Assembly: GCA_016882525.1 (NCBI GenBank)
Contig: VGPU01000001.1
Coordinates: 77,378 to 141,377 of the forward strand
Length of the DNA stretch: 64,000 nt
From: Cyanobacteria bacterium M_surface_10_m2_119
Lineage (GTDB): Bacteria > Cyanobacteriota > Cyanobacteriia > PCC-6307 > Cyanobiaceae
Reading direction: 5' to 3'
Shown: piece after piece, positions 29,077-38,817 of the stretch
Layout: each line of letters begins with the position of its first letter
Numbering within the stretch: the first letter of the stretch is position 1
Made by a program: the position numbers and the translations under genes
Notes under the pieces: generated by a model
Database searches by the model: none
The model's input: only the letters and a program-made list of their open reading frames with translations
What the model was told of the DNA's origin: nothing

Positions 29077-30012
29077 TCAGTCCCAGCGGGTGGGGTCCTG
29101 GCTGGGCCGGAAGGGCCCCATCTCCAGCTGCCGATCCATCAGATCCGCGCTGATCGTGCTGCACAGGCTATTCAGCGGCAGCGAGAAACAGCTGCCGTCC
29201 CGATCGAAGGGTCCCTCCACGTAGGAGCCGATGCGCTCCGCCACCAGAAAGCCGAGAAACAGCACAGCCCCTACCTTGATCGAGGACTGCCCGCGGAATT
29301 CAAGGAGCAGTTGCAGGCCATACAGCCAGGTGACCAGGCGCACGAAGACGTCGTAGGAGGCAGGAATCGGCGTGTTGCGGATCCGCTGGAGGTCGCCGAT
29401 GGAGTCGAGGCAGCGGTTGGCCACTTCCACCAGCTGCTGGCGGCCCCAGTCGTCCACCCAGCCATCCCGATGCAGGGCATGGATGATGGCGGCCCGGCGG
29501 CGGCAGAGGTCCTGGAGCCACAGGCCGGCCGGCAGTCCCAGCTCGGCGAGCAAGCGGTCCACGCCCGCACGCACCTCGCTGCGCCAGTAGTTGCGCAACT
29601 CGAAGTTGAGCAGCCACACCTGGGCCACCTGGATCTCGATCAGGCGCTGGCCTCGGGCCGTGCGCAGCCGGGTTGGACCAACGTGGGCGATCAGGGTGTC
29701 ACGCCATTGGCGGCTCTGGTTCACCACGGCTCCCCAGAGCATGCGGGCCTCCCACCAGCGCCCGATGGCCTGGGTGTTACGGAAGGCGATGAAGATCGAC
29801 ACGGCAATCCCCAGCACCGACAGGCCCATGGGCGTGATGGTCCAGGGCAGGGGGGTGGCGCCCCGCCTCCAGGCGATCAGGCAGAACCCTGCCCAGATCA
29901 GCAGGTCGAAGCGCATTCGCACCAGCAGCTGGAACAGCACGAGGCCGTAGTCGAGCCGTTGGGTGCGCGGCGGATCGCCATGGGGACCGGTCTGGATGGA
30001 GAGTATGGCCAT
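29077..30012 (-). CDS. Bestrophin-like (UPF0187/YneE) putative anion channel
   Basis: 311 aa. It has TM segments and the family motif IFIAFRNTQAIGRWWEARMLWG. It ends 4 nt upstream of the sbcD start. Confidence 0.75.
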   Translation of the reverse strand: MAILSIQTGPHGDPPRTQRLDYGLVLFQLLVRMRFDLLIWAGFCLIAWRRGATPLPWTITPMGLSVLGIAVSIFIAFRNTQAIGRWWEARMLWGAVVNQSRQWRDTLIAHVGPTRLRTARGQRLIEIQVAQVWLLNFELRNYWRSEVRAGVDRLLAELGLPAGLWLQDLCRRRAAIIHALHRDGWVDDWGRQQLVEVANRCLDSIGDLQRIRNTPIPASYDVFVRLVTWLYGLQLLLEFRGQSSIKVGAVLFLGFLVAERIGSYVEGPFDRDGSCFSLPLNSLCSTISADLMDRQLEMGPFRPSQDPTRWD

Positions 30013-30062
30013 GGCCGCTGCGCCTGCTGGCCCATCCCTAGCTCAGCAACCTCCCGCTTCTG

Positions 30063-31001
30063 GTGCTGCGGAGAATGGAACGCGACCTGCTCCAGCCGCC
30101 ACTGTCCCCCCGTCTCGCCCCGCTGCCCCTGGAGCAGTTGCCCGACCTGCCGCCCCTTCCCCTGGCCGTTGTGGGCCATGTGGAGGTGGTCAGCTTCCTG
30201 GCGGTCGAGCAGCTGCCGGTGGCCGGTGCCGTGGCCCGGGCCAGTCGCTTTGCGGAGGAACCTGCTGGTGCAGCGGCGGTCGCTGCCGTGCAGATGCATC
30301 GACTCACCGCTGCCCCGGTGGTGCTGTTCACTGCCCTGGGGCGGGACCGGGCCGGCGAAGCAGCGGCTGAGCGGCTGCAGGCACTCGGCCTGGAACTCGT
30401 GATCGCCTGGCGGGAAGGCCCCACCCGGCGCGGTGTGAGCCTGGTGGATGCCAGTGGCGACCGCAGCATCGTCGTGGCTGGGGAGCGGCTCGCCCCCGTG
30501 GCAGCCGATCCGTTGCCCTGGGAGCGCCTCAGCGCCTGTGCCGGTGTGTTCGTGACCGCCACCGACGCGGCGGGGCTGACCATGGCCCGACGGGCACCGG
30601 TGCTCACCGCGACGCCGCGCCTGCGGCTGCCCGTGCTCCAGGAGGCGGGCGTGCATCTCGACGCCCTGATCGGCAGTGCCCTCGATCCCGCCGAACAGGT
30701 GCCGGCGGGTGCCCTGAACCCCGCTCCAAGGCTGCAGATCGCCACGGCCGGTGCCGAGGGAGGCGTGGTGGCACCCCTGGGGCCCTTTGCTGCCCCGCGG
30801 AGGGATCGGACGGGAATCGACAGCTACGGCGCTGGCGACTGCTTCGCAGCGGGCGTCACCGCCGCCCTGGCCGCGGGCTGGGATGCGCGCGCCGCCATCA
30901 GCCTCGGCTGCCATTGCGGCAGTGCCTGCCTCGATGGCTTCGGGCCCTACGCCGGCCAGCTGGTCCGGCGGGACAGCGAGGGGGCTGCGCCATCGCCCTG
31001 A
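30063..31001 (+). CDS. PfkB-family carbohydrate/nucleoside kinase
   Basis: The ribokinase-like C-terminal motif DSYGAGDCFAAG and an N-terminal beta-rich region are present. The exact start is uncertain (alternative ATG at 30075). Confidence 0.7.
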   Translation: MLRRMERDLLQPPLSPRLAPLPLEQLPDLPPLPLAVVGHVEVVSFLAVEQLPVAGAVARASRFAEEPAGAAAVAAVQMHRLTAAPVVLFTALGRDRAGEAAAERLQALGLELVIAWREGPTRRGVSLVDASGDRSIVVAGERLAPVAADPLPWERLSACAGVFVTATDAAGLTMARRAPVLTATPRLRLPVLQEAGVHLDALIGSALDPAEQVPAGALNPAPRLQIATAGAEGGVVAPLGPFAAPRRDRTGIDSYGAGDCFAAGVTAALAAGWDARAAISLGCHCGSACLDGFGPYAGQLVRRDSEGAAPSP

Positions 31002-31028
31002 TGGGGCGGCCGGAGCAAAGGAGGCGAA

Positions 31029-32600
31029 TCAGCGGAGGGGTTCCGTTGGGCGGTGGCTGGCCGCCGTGCTGCGGATGGCCACCAGCTCCGGGGCCGGGAT
31101 CTTCTCCAGCTGCTTGAGGACCAGCCCCATGCGTGGATTGCGGCCCAAGCCCTCGCGGTTGCGCGCCAGAAAATCCCAGTAGAGGGCGTTGAAGGGGCAG
31201 GCGTCCGCGCCGCTGCGCTGCTTCGGGTTGTAGCGACACCCCTTGCAGTAGGTGCTCATGCGGTTGATGTAGTTGCCGCTGGCCGCATAGGGCTTGCTAG
31301 CCAGCAGGCCCCCATCAGCGAACAGCCCCATGCCGATCACGTTGGTCTGCATCACCCAGTCGAAGCCGTCGATGAACATGCGGTGGAACCAGGCGGTGAA
31401 CGCCTGGGGATCCAGCCCGGCAATCAGGCCGTAGTTCGCCAGCACCATCAGCCGCTGGATGTGGTGGGCGTAGCCGGTGATCGCCAGCTCCCCCAGCACT
31501 GTGTCAAGGCAGGCCATGCCGCTGCCCCCCAGCTGCTCCAGCCAGCCCGGCAGGGGGCGAACGGCGCCGAAGTGATTGCGCTGGGGGTAGTCGGGACCGA
31601 ACCACCAGTAGAGGCCGTGGGTGTATTCGCGCCACCCCAGGATCTGGCGGATCACCCCCTCCAACGAGGCTAGCGGCGTGCCCTGCTCCAGCCCGGCCTG
31701 CTCCAGCCGGCGGATCACCTCCAGGGGGTGGAGCAGGCCCAGGTTGAGGTAGGGCGACAGAAGGGCATGCCAGAGGGTGGGCTGGCCGCTCACCATGGCG
31801 TCCTGGTAGGGGCCGAAGCCATCCAGGCGGCTGGCGATGAAGTGCTCCAGCACCGCCAGGGCCTGAGCGCGGGTGACCGCCCAGGCGAAGGGCTGGCTCT
31901 GGCCCGGCAGCCCGGCATCGCCCGCCGCCTCCATCGCCTGCGCGAGCTCCTCCACCTTGGTGATCACGGCCCGGGTCACGGCATCGGGCTCGAACCGCAG
32001 CGGCGGCGGACCGCTCAATCCCCTGGGCGGTGCCTTGCGGTTGTCGTGGTCGTAGTTCCACTGGCCGCCAAGGGGCTGGGAGCCGGGCGGATCGGCAGCC
32101 GGATCCATCAGCACGCCAAAGCGGCGGCGCCCCTCCCGGTAGAACAGCTCCATCCGCAGCTGCTTGTAAGGCGCAGCCCAGGCCGAAAACGCTTCCCGGC
32201 TCCAGAGGAAGGCGTTGGAGGGGTGCCACTGCAGCGGAATCGGCAGCTCCAGGCGCTCGATCGCCTGGCGGAAGGGGCGTTCGGCCGGCTCCATCACCGC
32301 CAGGGCGCGGATGCCGTGCTCGGCGATCCAGGCGGTGAGGGCGTCGCCAAAGCTGCTGGCCTCGCGCTGATCCACCAGCCAGCCAGCCTCGCGCAGCTCG
32401 GCTGCGAAGTGGCGCATGGCAGTCCACACCAGCACCAGCTTCTGGCGGTGATAGCGGCGCCAGGCGAGCACCGAGGTGCTCTCGATCAGCAGGAGGCGGC
32501 AGCGGCGGCGGGCTTCCTGGGGGCCATGGTCTCGCTCAAGCGCCTGCAGGGCGGGATGGGCGGCGTTCAGTTGGTCGCCGAGGATCCAGATCCCTTGCAT
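31029..32600 (-). CDS. Cryptochrome/photolyase-family protein of the FeS-BCP type (PhrB/CryB-like (6-4) photolyase)
   Basis: It has the family text GIWILGDQL ... LESTSV..RYHRQKLVLV-type N-terminus. Its C-terminal Cys cluster YCKGCRYNP...ACPFNALYWDFL is typical of the [4Fe-4S]-binding bacterial cryptochrome/photolyase group. The start is taken at MQGIW. Confidence 0.8.
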   Translation of the reverse strand: MQGIWILGDQLNAAHPALQALERDHGPQEARRRCRLLLIESTSVLAWRRYHRQKLVLVWTAMRHFAAELREAGWLVDQREASSFGDALTAWIAEHGIRALAVMEPAERPFRQAIERLELPIPLQWHPSNAFLWSREAFSAWAAPYKQLRMELFYREGRRRFGVLMDPAADPPGSQPLGGQWNYDHDNRKAPPRGLSGPPPLRFEPDAVTRAVITKVEELAQAMEAAGDAGLPGQSQPFAWAVTRAQALAVLEHFIASRLDGFGPYQDAMVSGQPTLWHALLSPYLNLGLLHPLEVIRRLEQAGLEQGTPLASLEGVIRQILGWREYTHGLYWWFGPDYPQRNHFGAVRPLPGWLEQLGGSGMACLDTVLGELAITGYAHHIQRLMVLANYGLIAGLDPQAFTAWFHRMFIDGFDWVMQTNVIGMGLFADGGLLASKPYAASGNYINRMSTYCKGCRYNPKQRSGADACPFNALYWDFLARNREGLGRNPRMGLVLKQLEKIPAPELVAIRSTAASHRPTEPLR

Positions 32601-32670
32601 GGCCAGCGCCCGTCGCAATACCCCCCAGCCTGGGGGAGCGGTGCCCCCTCCGGGCGGTACTGCTGGGCCC

Positions 32671-33651
32671 TCAGGCTGAACCGAAGGCCACCTGACAGGC
32701 TGCGTTCAGCAATTCGGCCTCGGCTCGGGACGCGGGCACCAGGCCATCGAGGGTGCTGCGATCACAGTCGGCGGTGAGATCAATCTCGTCGCCATCGGCC
32801 ACCACCGCAAAGGTGGTGGAGCGACTGCCGACAGGGCGCACCGTGCCGTAGAGGAGCAGGTAGCTGCTGTTCGGCACAACGATGTACGTCGTGTTGCGGG
32901 AGACCGCGTTGTCGACAGCTGCGTTGATCAGGGCGGCGGTCGCAAGGGTGGTGATGCCCCAGGCCGCGGCGCTCGGCCCCCACCAGCTCCAGCGGGGACT
33001 TGACCAGCCCCCATACCAGCCCACTGGCCAGGGCCGTGCCGCACCCCAGCCCGGACGGGCCCAGCCGGGGTAGCCGTACCAGCGGTCCCAGCGATCCCAG
33101 CGGCGCCGGGTGCTCCGCCAGCGGTCGTCCCGGCGGTCCCGCCGCTGATCGAGACGGTCATCCCGCCGATCACGCCGCTGGTCCAGGCGATCCTGACGGC
33201 TTCGATCGGCTGAGCGACTGCGATCTGCCAAGCGGGAGCCCGCTGCTCCCTGGTTGCGGTTGCGGTGGTTTGCTTCTCCCCCCCGGTTGCTGCCGCCGAT
33301 CGAAGGCGTTCCCCGCCCCCGACTGTTGCTCGACCAGCCACCCTCGGGCTGACGCGAACCCTGGGTCATGCCCGCTGCGGCGTTGCGAAAGCCCGACTGG
33401 CCACCCCCGCTCCGGCCCCGATCGCGGTTGCGACCGCCCTGCGAACCACCACCGGCATTGCGTTGCCCAGCCGCTGCGCTTCGACGGGTACCGCCCCCAG
33501 GGCTTCCGCCTATCCGGCTACCACTGGTTCCTCCGGATGGACGCCGGAGCTGGGCCGTCCAGCTGCCGGTATCTCCCCCCACCGCCGGTGGTTGGGCCAG
33601 AGCCGGCTCCGACAGGCCCGCCGGCAGCAGCAGCAGGCCAGCGAGCACCAC
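32671..33651 (-). CDS. Secreted low-complexity protein: Gly/Arg/Ser/Asn-rich region, Arg/Asp tandem repeat, Trp-rich segment and C-terminal globular domain
   Basis: 326-aa ORF with a hydrophobic N-terminus ending in ALAQ. The tandem unit DRLDQRRDRRD occurs twice, followed by a WDRWDRWYGYPGWARPGWG...WSWWG block. The C-terminal ~90 aa have ordinary composition and two Cys. GC3 codon bias supports this strand. It has a GTG start, and no in-frame ATG lies upstream before a TGA. Confidence 0.55.
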   Translation of the reverse strand: MVLAGLLLLPAGLSEPALAQPPAVGGDTGSWTAQLRRPSGGTSGSRIGGSPGGGTRRSAAAGQRNAGGGSQGGRNRDRGRSGGGQSGFRNAAAGMTQGSRQPEGGWSSNSRGRGTPSIGGSNRGGEANHRNRNQGAAGSRLADRSRSADRSRQDRLDQRRDRRDDRLDQRRDRRDDRWRSTRRRWDRWDRWYGYPGWARPGWGAARPWPVGWYGGWSSPRWSWWGPSAAAWGITTLATAALINAAVDNAVSRNTTYIVVPNSSYLLLYGTVRPVGSRSTTFAVVADGDEIDLTADCDRSTLDGLVPASRAEAELLNAACQVAFGSA

Positions 33652-33686
33652 GCTCGCCAGGGGGTGACGGCCAGGCTTCGGTTCGC

Positions 33687-34205
33687 TTATGGCAGAGCCT
33701 CACAACCCTGGTCGTAGCAGGTCAGCAGCACCCGCCCATCGCCGTCAAAGCGCACCAACACCCGATCACGCCCCTCGAGTTCGTCGACACGCTCCTCCCG
33801 CACGCTGTTGAGATAGTTCGGATTGAACACACACAGGTCCCGGCCGTCGAAGCAGATCGTGTTGGAGGAGAACTGCGCTTCCGCCGATCCCAGCAACCGC
33901 CACGCACCCGTCGCCGGGTCCAGACGGGCCATCCGCAGCGGACCATCGCTGATGCGGATCGTCTCCACAACAGGGCCGATGCTGTGGCGGTACAGGGTCG
34001 CTTGGTCGTCCTGTAGGGCCTCCACCACACAGTCCACCGCCTTGGCGCCGCGGATCGAGCAGGTGGTTTCCAGCCGGTAGAGGAGTGTCGGAGCGGGAGG
34101 GCTGGCCGCCCACCCGGGCCCCGATGTGAGAGAGATGCCCAGGAGTGGCGCCAGGGCTGTCTGCGCCAGGGTGACGATCAACGACGGCCAGAGACGGTAT
34201 GGCAT
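33687..34205 (-). CDS. Secreted hypothetical protein with six Cys
   Basis: The start is taken at MPYRLWPSLIVTLAQTALAPLLG (residue 17 of the track ORF), which is signal-peptide-like. The mature part has non-repetitive composition with Cys pairs (TTCSIRGAKAVDC, TICFDGRDLC, LTCYDQGC). Confidence 0.5.
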   Translation of the reverse strand: MPYRLWPSLIVTLAQTALAPLLGISLTSGPGWAASPPAPTLLYRLETTCSIRGAKAVDCVVEALQDDQATLYRHSIGPVVETIRISDGPLRMARLDPATGAWRLLGSAEAQFSSNTICFDGRDLCVFNPNYLNSVREERVDELEGRDRVLVRFDGDGRVLLTCYDQGCEALP

Positions 34206-34343
34206 CGGAAATCCGGTGGGCGGGCCTGCCCCTGCGATCGCCAGGGTCGACAAAACATCACTGCCGCTGGATCAGCGCCGAGCGGCTCAGGTCCTTTGCA
34301 CTTGGTCACCGCTGGCACCGGGAAGCGCCGTGAACGGCTCGGT

Positions 34344-34667
34344 TCAGGCCCCAGCGGCAAGCCGGCAGGCACGGCGGGCGGCGGCGGTGCCGTAGCCCCG
34401 GTCCACGAGGCCGCCACGGGGGCTGAGGTCACCGCTGCGGCAGTCGACCACCACCCGCTCGTGGTGGCCCTGCTGGTCAGAGAGCCGCAGCCGCAATTGC
34501 CAGTGGTGCTTGGCGCTGCGGCTGATGTCGTCGGCGCAGACCGGCCCGACGCACACCCCGGGGGAGGCACCGGCCATGCCCACCAGGCCAGGGGATGCAA
34601 CCGCCAGGACCACCGCGAGAGCAATCCTGAGGGCGGTCTGCAGCAGGCGGAGCAACGGCGCGATCAA
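34344..34667 (-). CDS. Small secreted hypothetical protein (107 aa)
   Basis: It has a signal-like N-terminus ([34 protein letters not shown]) and four Cys in the mature part. Its ATG overlaps the uvrC stop (ATGA), which suggests translational coupling. Confidence 0.5.
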   Translation of the reverse strand: MIAPLLRLLQTALRIALAVVLAVASPGLVGMAGASPGVCVGPVCADDISRSAKHHWQLRLRLSDQQGHHERVVVDCRSGDLSPRGGLVDRGYGTAAARRACRLAAGA

Positions 34668-36793
34668 CGAACGGGCTCCAGGCGGGTGGCAAGGTCCGCA
34701 TCCTCGGCGGCCAGCGTCACGGGTTCGTCGGCACTGGGCCTGTCGTCGATGTGTTCATCCGCGCTTGGATGGAAGTAGTCCCACACCTGCCGCGCCAGGG
34801 CCGGACCCATGCCGGGAGCAGCGGCGAGCGCCTCCACACTGGCCAGCTGGATGGCGTCGATCGAGCGGAAGTGGGAGAGAAGCTCCCGGATCCGCTTGGG
34901 GCCGAGGCCGGGAATATCGGAGAGGCGGGAGCGCGTCATCCGCTCACCGCGCTGCTGGCGGTGGAAGCTCACGGCGAAGCGGTGCGCTTCATCGCGAAGG
35001 CGTCGCAACAGCTGCACCCCCAGCTGGTCGGGCTCGCTCTCCAGCGGCTCCCTGGCCCCTGGCACAAACACCTCCTCCCGCTGCTTGGCCAGGGAACACA
35101 CCACCAGCTCCTGGTCGAGGTTCAGTTCCCGCAGGGCCTCCATCACGGCCGAGAGCTGGCCCTTCCCTCCATCAATCATCACCACATCCGGCCAGTCGTT
35201 GAGGCCGCCGGTGTGCAGGGCCGTGCCCGCCGCCCGCCGCAGCTCCCGCAGATCAGCGCCTTCGGCCTTGGCCTGGGCCCAGCGGCGGAAGCGGCGGCGA
35301 ATCACCTCCGCCATGCTCATGAAGTCGTCGGAGTGGCCGGCCCGCACGGCGCTGCTTCGGATCTTGTACTTGCGGTAGTGCTGCTTGGCCGGCAGCCCAT
35401 CGACGAACACCACCTGGGACGCGACCGCATCGCTGCCCTGGATGTGGCTGATGTCGAAGCCCTCGATCCGCCGGGGTGCGCTGGCCAGCTCCAGCAGTTG
35501 GGCCAGGTCTTCCGTGGCCAGCAGGTTCTGTTCACTGGCCCGCTGGGCCCGCTGCAGCTCGTAGCTTGCGTTGCGCACCACCAGCCCGATCAGGTCGGCC
35601 TTCTGCTGGCGCTGGGGCACCGCCAGCTTCACGCGACGTCCGCGCAGCTCGCTCAACCACTCCTCGATCAGGGCCTGCTGGGGCAATGGATGCTGCACCA
35701 GCAACTCGGGCGGAATCTCCACCCCCTCCACCTGGCTGTAGTGCTCCTCGATCACCGTCTGGAGGATGCGCCCGAGTGCCTCACGCCGCTCGGACGATGG
35801 AGGCAGATCCCCCCCAGTCCCCTCCTCGGCCGCTGGGGTGCCCTCGGCGTTGGCCGTAAAGCCCAGTCGCCCCACCAACTTGCCGGCCCGCATCTGGAAC
35901 AGCTGCACTGCCGCCACCCGCCCGTCGGCCGCCAGGGCGATCACATCCCGGCTCACCGAGCTGTCGCCGAGGCTCATCTTCTGGTCGGCCGTGAGCGTGT
36001 CGAGCCCCTGGATCTGGTCGCGCACCCGGGCAGCGCTCTCAAAATCCAGCCGCTCCGCATAGCGCTCCATCTGCTCCTGCAGCAGCTCCAGCAGCTCCTC
36101 ATTCCGTCCCTGGAACACCATCGCCACCTGGCGCAGCGTGCGGTGGTAGTCCTCTGAACTGATCTTTTCCTGGCACACCCCAGGGCAGCGGCCGATGTTG
36201 TAGTTCAGGCAGGTGCGGTCCTTGTAGAGCGGCTGGGGACGCTGCCGCAGGGGAAACACCCGCTTCACCAGGGCCAGGGTGCGGCGCAGCAGACCCACAT
36301 CCACATAGGGCCCGTAGAAGCGATCGAGGGGCGAGCGGAAGCGGCGCCGCCGGGTGATGAAGATGCGCGGGTAGGGCTCGCTCCAGGTGATGCAGAGGTA
36401 GGGATATTTCTTGTCGTCCTTCAGCAGCACGTTGAAGTGCGGCTGGTTCTGCTTGATCAGGTTGGCCTCCAGCGCCAGCGCCTCGGCCTCGCTGTCGGTG
36501 ACGATGAACTCGATCTCGACTACCTGCCGCACCATCAGCCGGATGCGGGGGCTGTGGCCGTGGCCGCTGCCGCTCTGGAAGTAGCTGCGCACGCGGTTGC
36601 GCAGCATCTTGGCCTTGCCGATGTAGAGGATGCGGTCCTCACCGTCGCGCATCAGATAGCAGCCCGGCTCAGGGGGCACCTCCCTGAGCCGGGCCTTGAG
36701 ACGATCGGGTTGCTGCAGCAGGGGCTGGACGCTCAACTCAGCCGCCGTACTGCCAGCCGGTGCTGGAGAGCTCCAGGGCCGGACCATCCGCAT
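34664..36793 (-). CDS. uvrC: Excinuclease ABC subunit C
   Basis: It has a GIY-YIG N-terminus ([30 protein letters not shown]), a UVR domain, an endonuclease V-like domain and a C-terminal (HhH)2 ([16 protein letters not shown]). The track start overlaps the upstream flavin reductase gene by 56 nt. A TTG at 36736, 1 nt after that gene's stop, is a plausible true start. Confidence 0.92.
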   Translation of the reverse strand: MRMVRPWSSPAPAGSTAAELSVQPLLQQPDRLKARLREVPPEPGCYLMRDGEDRILYIGKAKMLRNRVRSYFQSGSGHGHSPRIRLMVRQVVEIEFIVTDSEAEALALEANLIKQNQPHFNVLLKDDKKYPYLCITWSEPYPRIFITRRRRFRSPLDRFYGPYVDVGLLRRTLALVKRVFPLRQRPQPLYKDRTCLNYNIGRCPGVCQEKISSEDYHRTLRQVAMVFQGRNEELLELLQEQMERYAERLDFESAARVRDQIQGLDTLTADQKMSLGDSSVSRDVIALAADGRVAAVQLFQMRAGKLVGRLGFTANAEGTPAAEEGTGGDLPPSSERREALGRILQTVIEEHYSQVEGVEIPPELLVQHPLPQQALIEEWLSELRGRRVKLAVPQRQQKADLIGLVVRNASYELQRAQRASEQNLLATEDLAQLLELASAPRRIEGFDISHIQGSDAVASQVVFVDGLPAKQHYRKYKIRSSAVRAGHSDDFMSMAEVIRRRFRRWAQAKAEGADLRELRRAAGTALHTGGLNDWPDVVMIDGGKGQLSAVMEALRELNLDQELVVCSLAKQREEVFVPGAREPLESEPDQLGVQLLRRLRDEAHRFAVSFHRQQRGERMTRSRLSDIPGLGPKRIRELLSHFRSIDAIQLASVEALAAAPGMGPALARQVWDYFHPSADEHIDDRPSADEPVTLAAEDADLATRLEPVR

Positions 36794-37226
36794 GGAGTGT
36801 GGCGGTCTTCACCGCGCCCACGAAGACGGTGTGATCGCCGTGGGCCACCTGACCCACCAGCTCGCACTCCACGCCCCCCACGGCGTCGTTGAGGATCGGC
36901 AGGCCCAGCTCGCCCAGGGTGAAGGGGGCGGCGTCGAAGCGGCCCCCCACCCCCTTCTGGGGCTTGAAGAACACGGCGGCCAGGTCCTTCTGGTCGGCCT
37001 TGAGCACATTGAGTGAAAAGCGGCCGGTGCGCTGGATCATGCCGTTGCTGGTGCTGTCGGCCCGCACCGCCATCACCACCAGGGGCGGCTCGAAGCTGCC
37101 CTGGGTGACCCAGCTGGCGGTGAACCCGTTCACCTCCTCGCCCTCTGCCACCCCGCAGATGAACACCCCGTGGGGGATCTTGCGCAGCAGGGTCTTCTTG
37201 GCGTCGGCGTTGAGAGTGGAAGCCAT
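36738..37226 (-). CDS. Flavin reductase-like FMN-binding domain protein
   Basis: 162 aa. It shows the flavin reductase domain text [35 protein letters not shown] ... [11 protein letters not shown]. Confidence 0.8.
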   Translation of the reverse strand: MASTLNADAKKTLLRKIPHGVFICGVAEGEEVNGFTASWVTQGSFEPPLVVMAVRADSTSNGMIQRTGRFSLNVLKADQKDLAAVFFKPQKGVGGRFDAAPFTLGELGLPILNDAVGGVECELVGQVAHGDHTVFVGAVKTATLHADGPALELSSTGWQYGG

Positions 37227-37313
37227 GGCGGGCAGGGGGCGCGAGGGGCGCCGGCAACTCAGCCGACTCTAGAAACGGGCCCCGGCCGCAGGCGCGGCCC
37301 ATAGGCTGGCGCC

Positions 37314-37817
37314 ATGCGTGCCCTCTATCCCGGCAGCTTCGACCCGCTCACCCTCGGCCATCTCGATCTGATCGAGAGGGCCGCCCGCCTGTTTGACGGC
37401 GTGATGGTGGCGGTGCTGCAGAACCCCAGCAAGACTCCGGCCTTCAGCCTCGAGCAGCGGCTCAACCAGATCCGCACGGCCACGGCCCATCTCCCTGGCG
37501 TGGAGGTGGCCAGTTTCGACGGGCTCACGGTGGAGTTCGCCTCCCGTTGCGGTGCCGGCGTGATCCTGCGGGGCCTGAGAGCCCTGAGCGACTTCGAATT
37601 CGAATTGCAGATCGCCCACACCAACCACAGCCTCGCTCCGGCTGTGGAGACCCTGTTTCTGGCCACCGCCGTTCAGCACAGCTTTCTGAGCAGTTCGGTG
37701 GTGAAGGAAGTGGCCCGCTTTGGTGGGGATGTGGCCCATCTGGTGCCACCGGGTGTGGCGCTCGACCTGGCGAGGCTTTTTAATCGGTGCGATTCGTCCC
37801 AGGGCAGCCATGGCTGA
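37314..37817 (+). CDS. coaD: Phosphopantetheine adenylyltransferase
   Basis: 167 aa. It has [19 protein letters not shown] (the T/HxGH motif) and ISSS-type SSSVVKEV. Confidence 0.93.
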   Translation: MRALYPGSFDPLTLGHLDLIERAARLFDGVMVAVLQNPSKTPAFSLEQRLNQIRTATAHLPGVEVASFDGLTVEFASRCGAGVILRGLRALSDFEFELQIAHTNHSLAPAVETLFLATAVQHSFLSSSVVKEVARFGGDVAHLVPPGVALDLARLFNRCDSSQGSHG

Positions 37818-38712
37818 GGCCAGCATCACCGTGCTCGATCAGCTCGACCAGCTCGAGGAGATCGTGCTGGAAGGCACGCGGATCCCCTTCAGCGGTGGTC
37901 GCCTGGTCAACGAGCAGGACGCCATCGAGGTGATGGATGCCGTGCGCGAGTCCCTGCCCGGCCAGCTCAACCAGGCCCTTGATCTCCTGCGGCAGCGCGA
38001 GGAGTTCATCAGCCAGGCCCGCCGCCAGGCCGAGGAGATTGTCGCCACCGGCCAGCGGGAGCGGGAGCAGCTGATCAACAACGCCTCGATCCGCCAGGAG
38101 GCCGAGCGGCAGGTGGCCGAACTGCGGGAGCAGGCTCGCCAGCAGTGTGACCAGCTGTTGCTGCAGGGCCGCCAGCAGGCGGCGAAGGCCGAGCAGGAGC
38201 ACCAGGCCATCCTCGCGCAGATGGAGCAGCAGTTTGCCGCCCGCCGCCAGCAGCTCGAACAGGAGGCTGCCGAACGCAATCGTCTGCTGCTTGAACAGCA
38301 CGAGCGCAACCGCCAGCAGGCCATGGGCGAACTGGAGCAGATCCGCCAGGAAGGTCTGCGGGTGCAGCGGGAGAGCCAGGCCGAGGCGGAGCGCCTGCAC
38401 AACGATGCCCTGCAGTTCCGCCAGCAGACCCAGCAGCAATGTGACCAGCTGGTGGCGCGCAGCCGCCAGGAGGCCGCAGCCATCAGCGAAGGGGCCAATC
38501 GCTATGCCGAGCAGGTGCTCGGTGAGCTGGAGGGCCGCCTCAAGGACATGGGCCAGGTGGTGATGGCTGGTCGCCGGGAGCTGGTGCGCCTGCAGGTGCG
38601 CGAGGGGGGCAGCGCCGCGGAGGCAGCAGCGGCCACTCCGGCCCCCTCGGCTACCCCCCGCGACAGCAAGCGCCGGCGGGTGGCTAACACCCTGCGCCAG
38701 CTGGCGGGCTGA
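37810..38712 (+). CDS. Conserved cyanobacterial coiled-coil protein (ATP synthase b-like / DivIVA-like heptad repeats)
   Basis: An ATG at residue 31 of the track ORF overlaps the coaD stop by 8 nt. The ~300-aa protein is dominated by Gln/Glu/Arg/Ala heptad-like repeats after a conserved N-terminal block ([30 protein letters not shown]). Confidence 0.7.
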   Translation: MAEASITVLDQLDQLEEIVLEGTRIPFSGGRLVNEQDAIEVMDAVRESLPGQLNQALDLLRQREEFISQARRQAEEIVATGQREREQLINNASIRQEAERQVAELREQARQQCDQLLLQGRQQAAKAEQEHQAILAQMEQQFAARRQQLEQEAAERNRLLLEQHERNRQQAMGELEQIRQEGLRVQRESQAEAERLHNDALQFRQQTQQQCDQLVARSRQEAAAISEGANRYAEQVLGELEGRLKDMGQVVMAGRRELVRLQVREGGSAAEAAAATPAPSATPRDSKRRRVANTLRQLAG

Positions 38713-38817
38713 TCCCACCCCAGCCACCGGTCGCAGATCAGTGTTGCTGGGCCCAGTGCTACTGGGCGTTGGCGGCAAACCCTGAGGGGTGTGCGCCTAC
38801 CCCTCAGGCTTCCCCCC

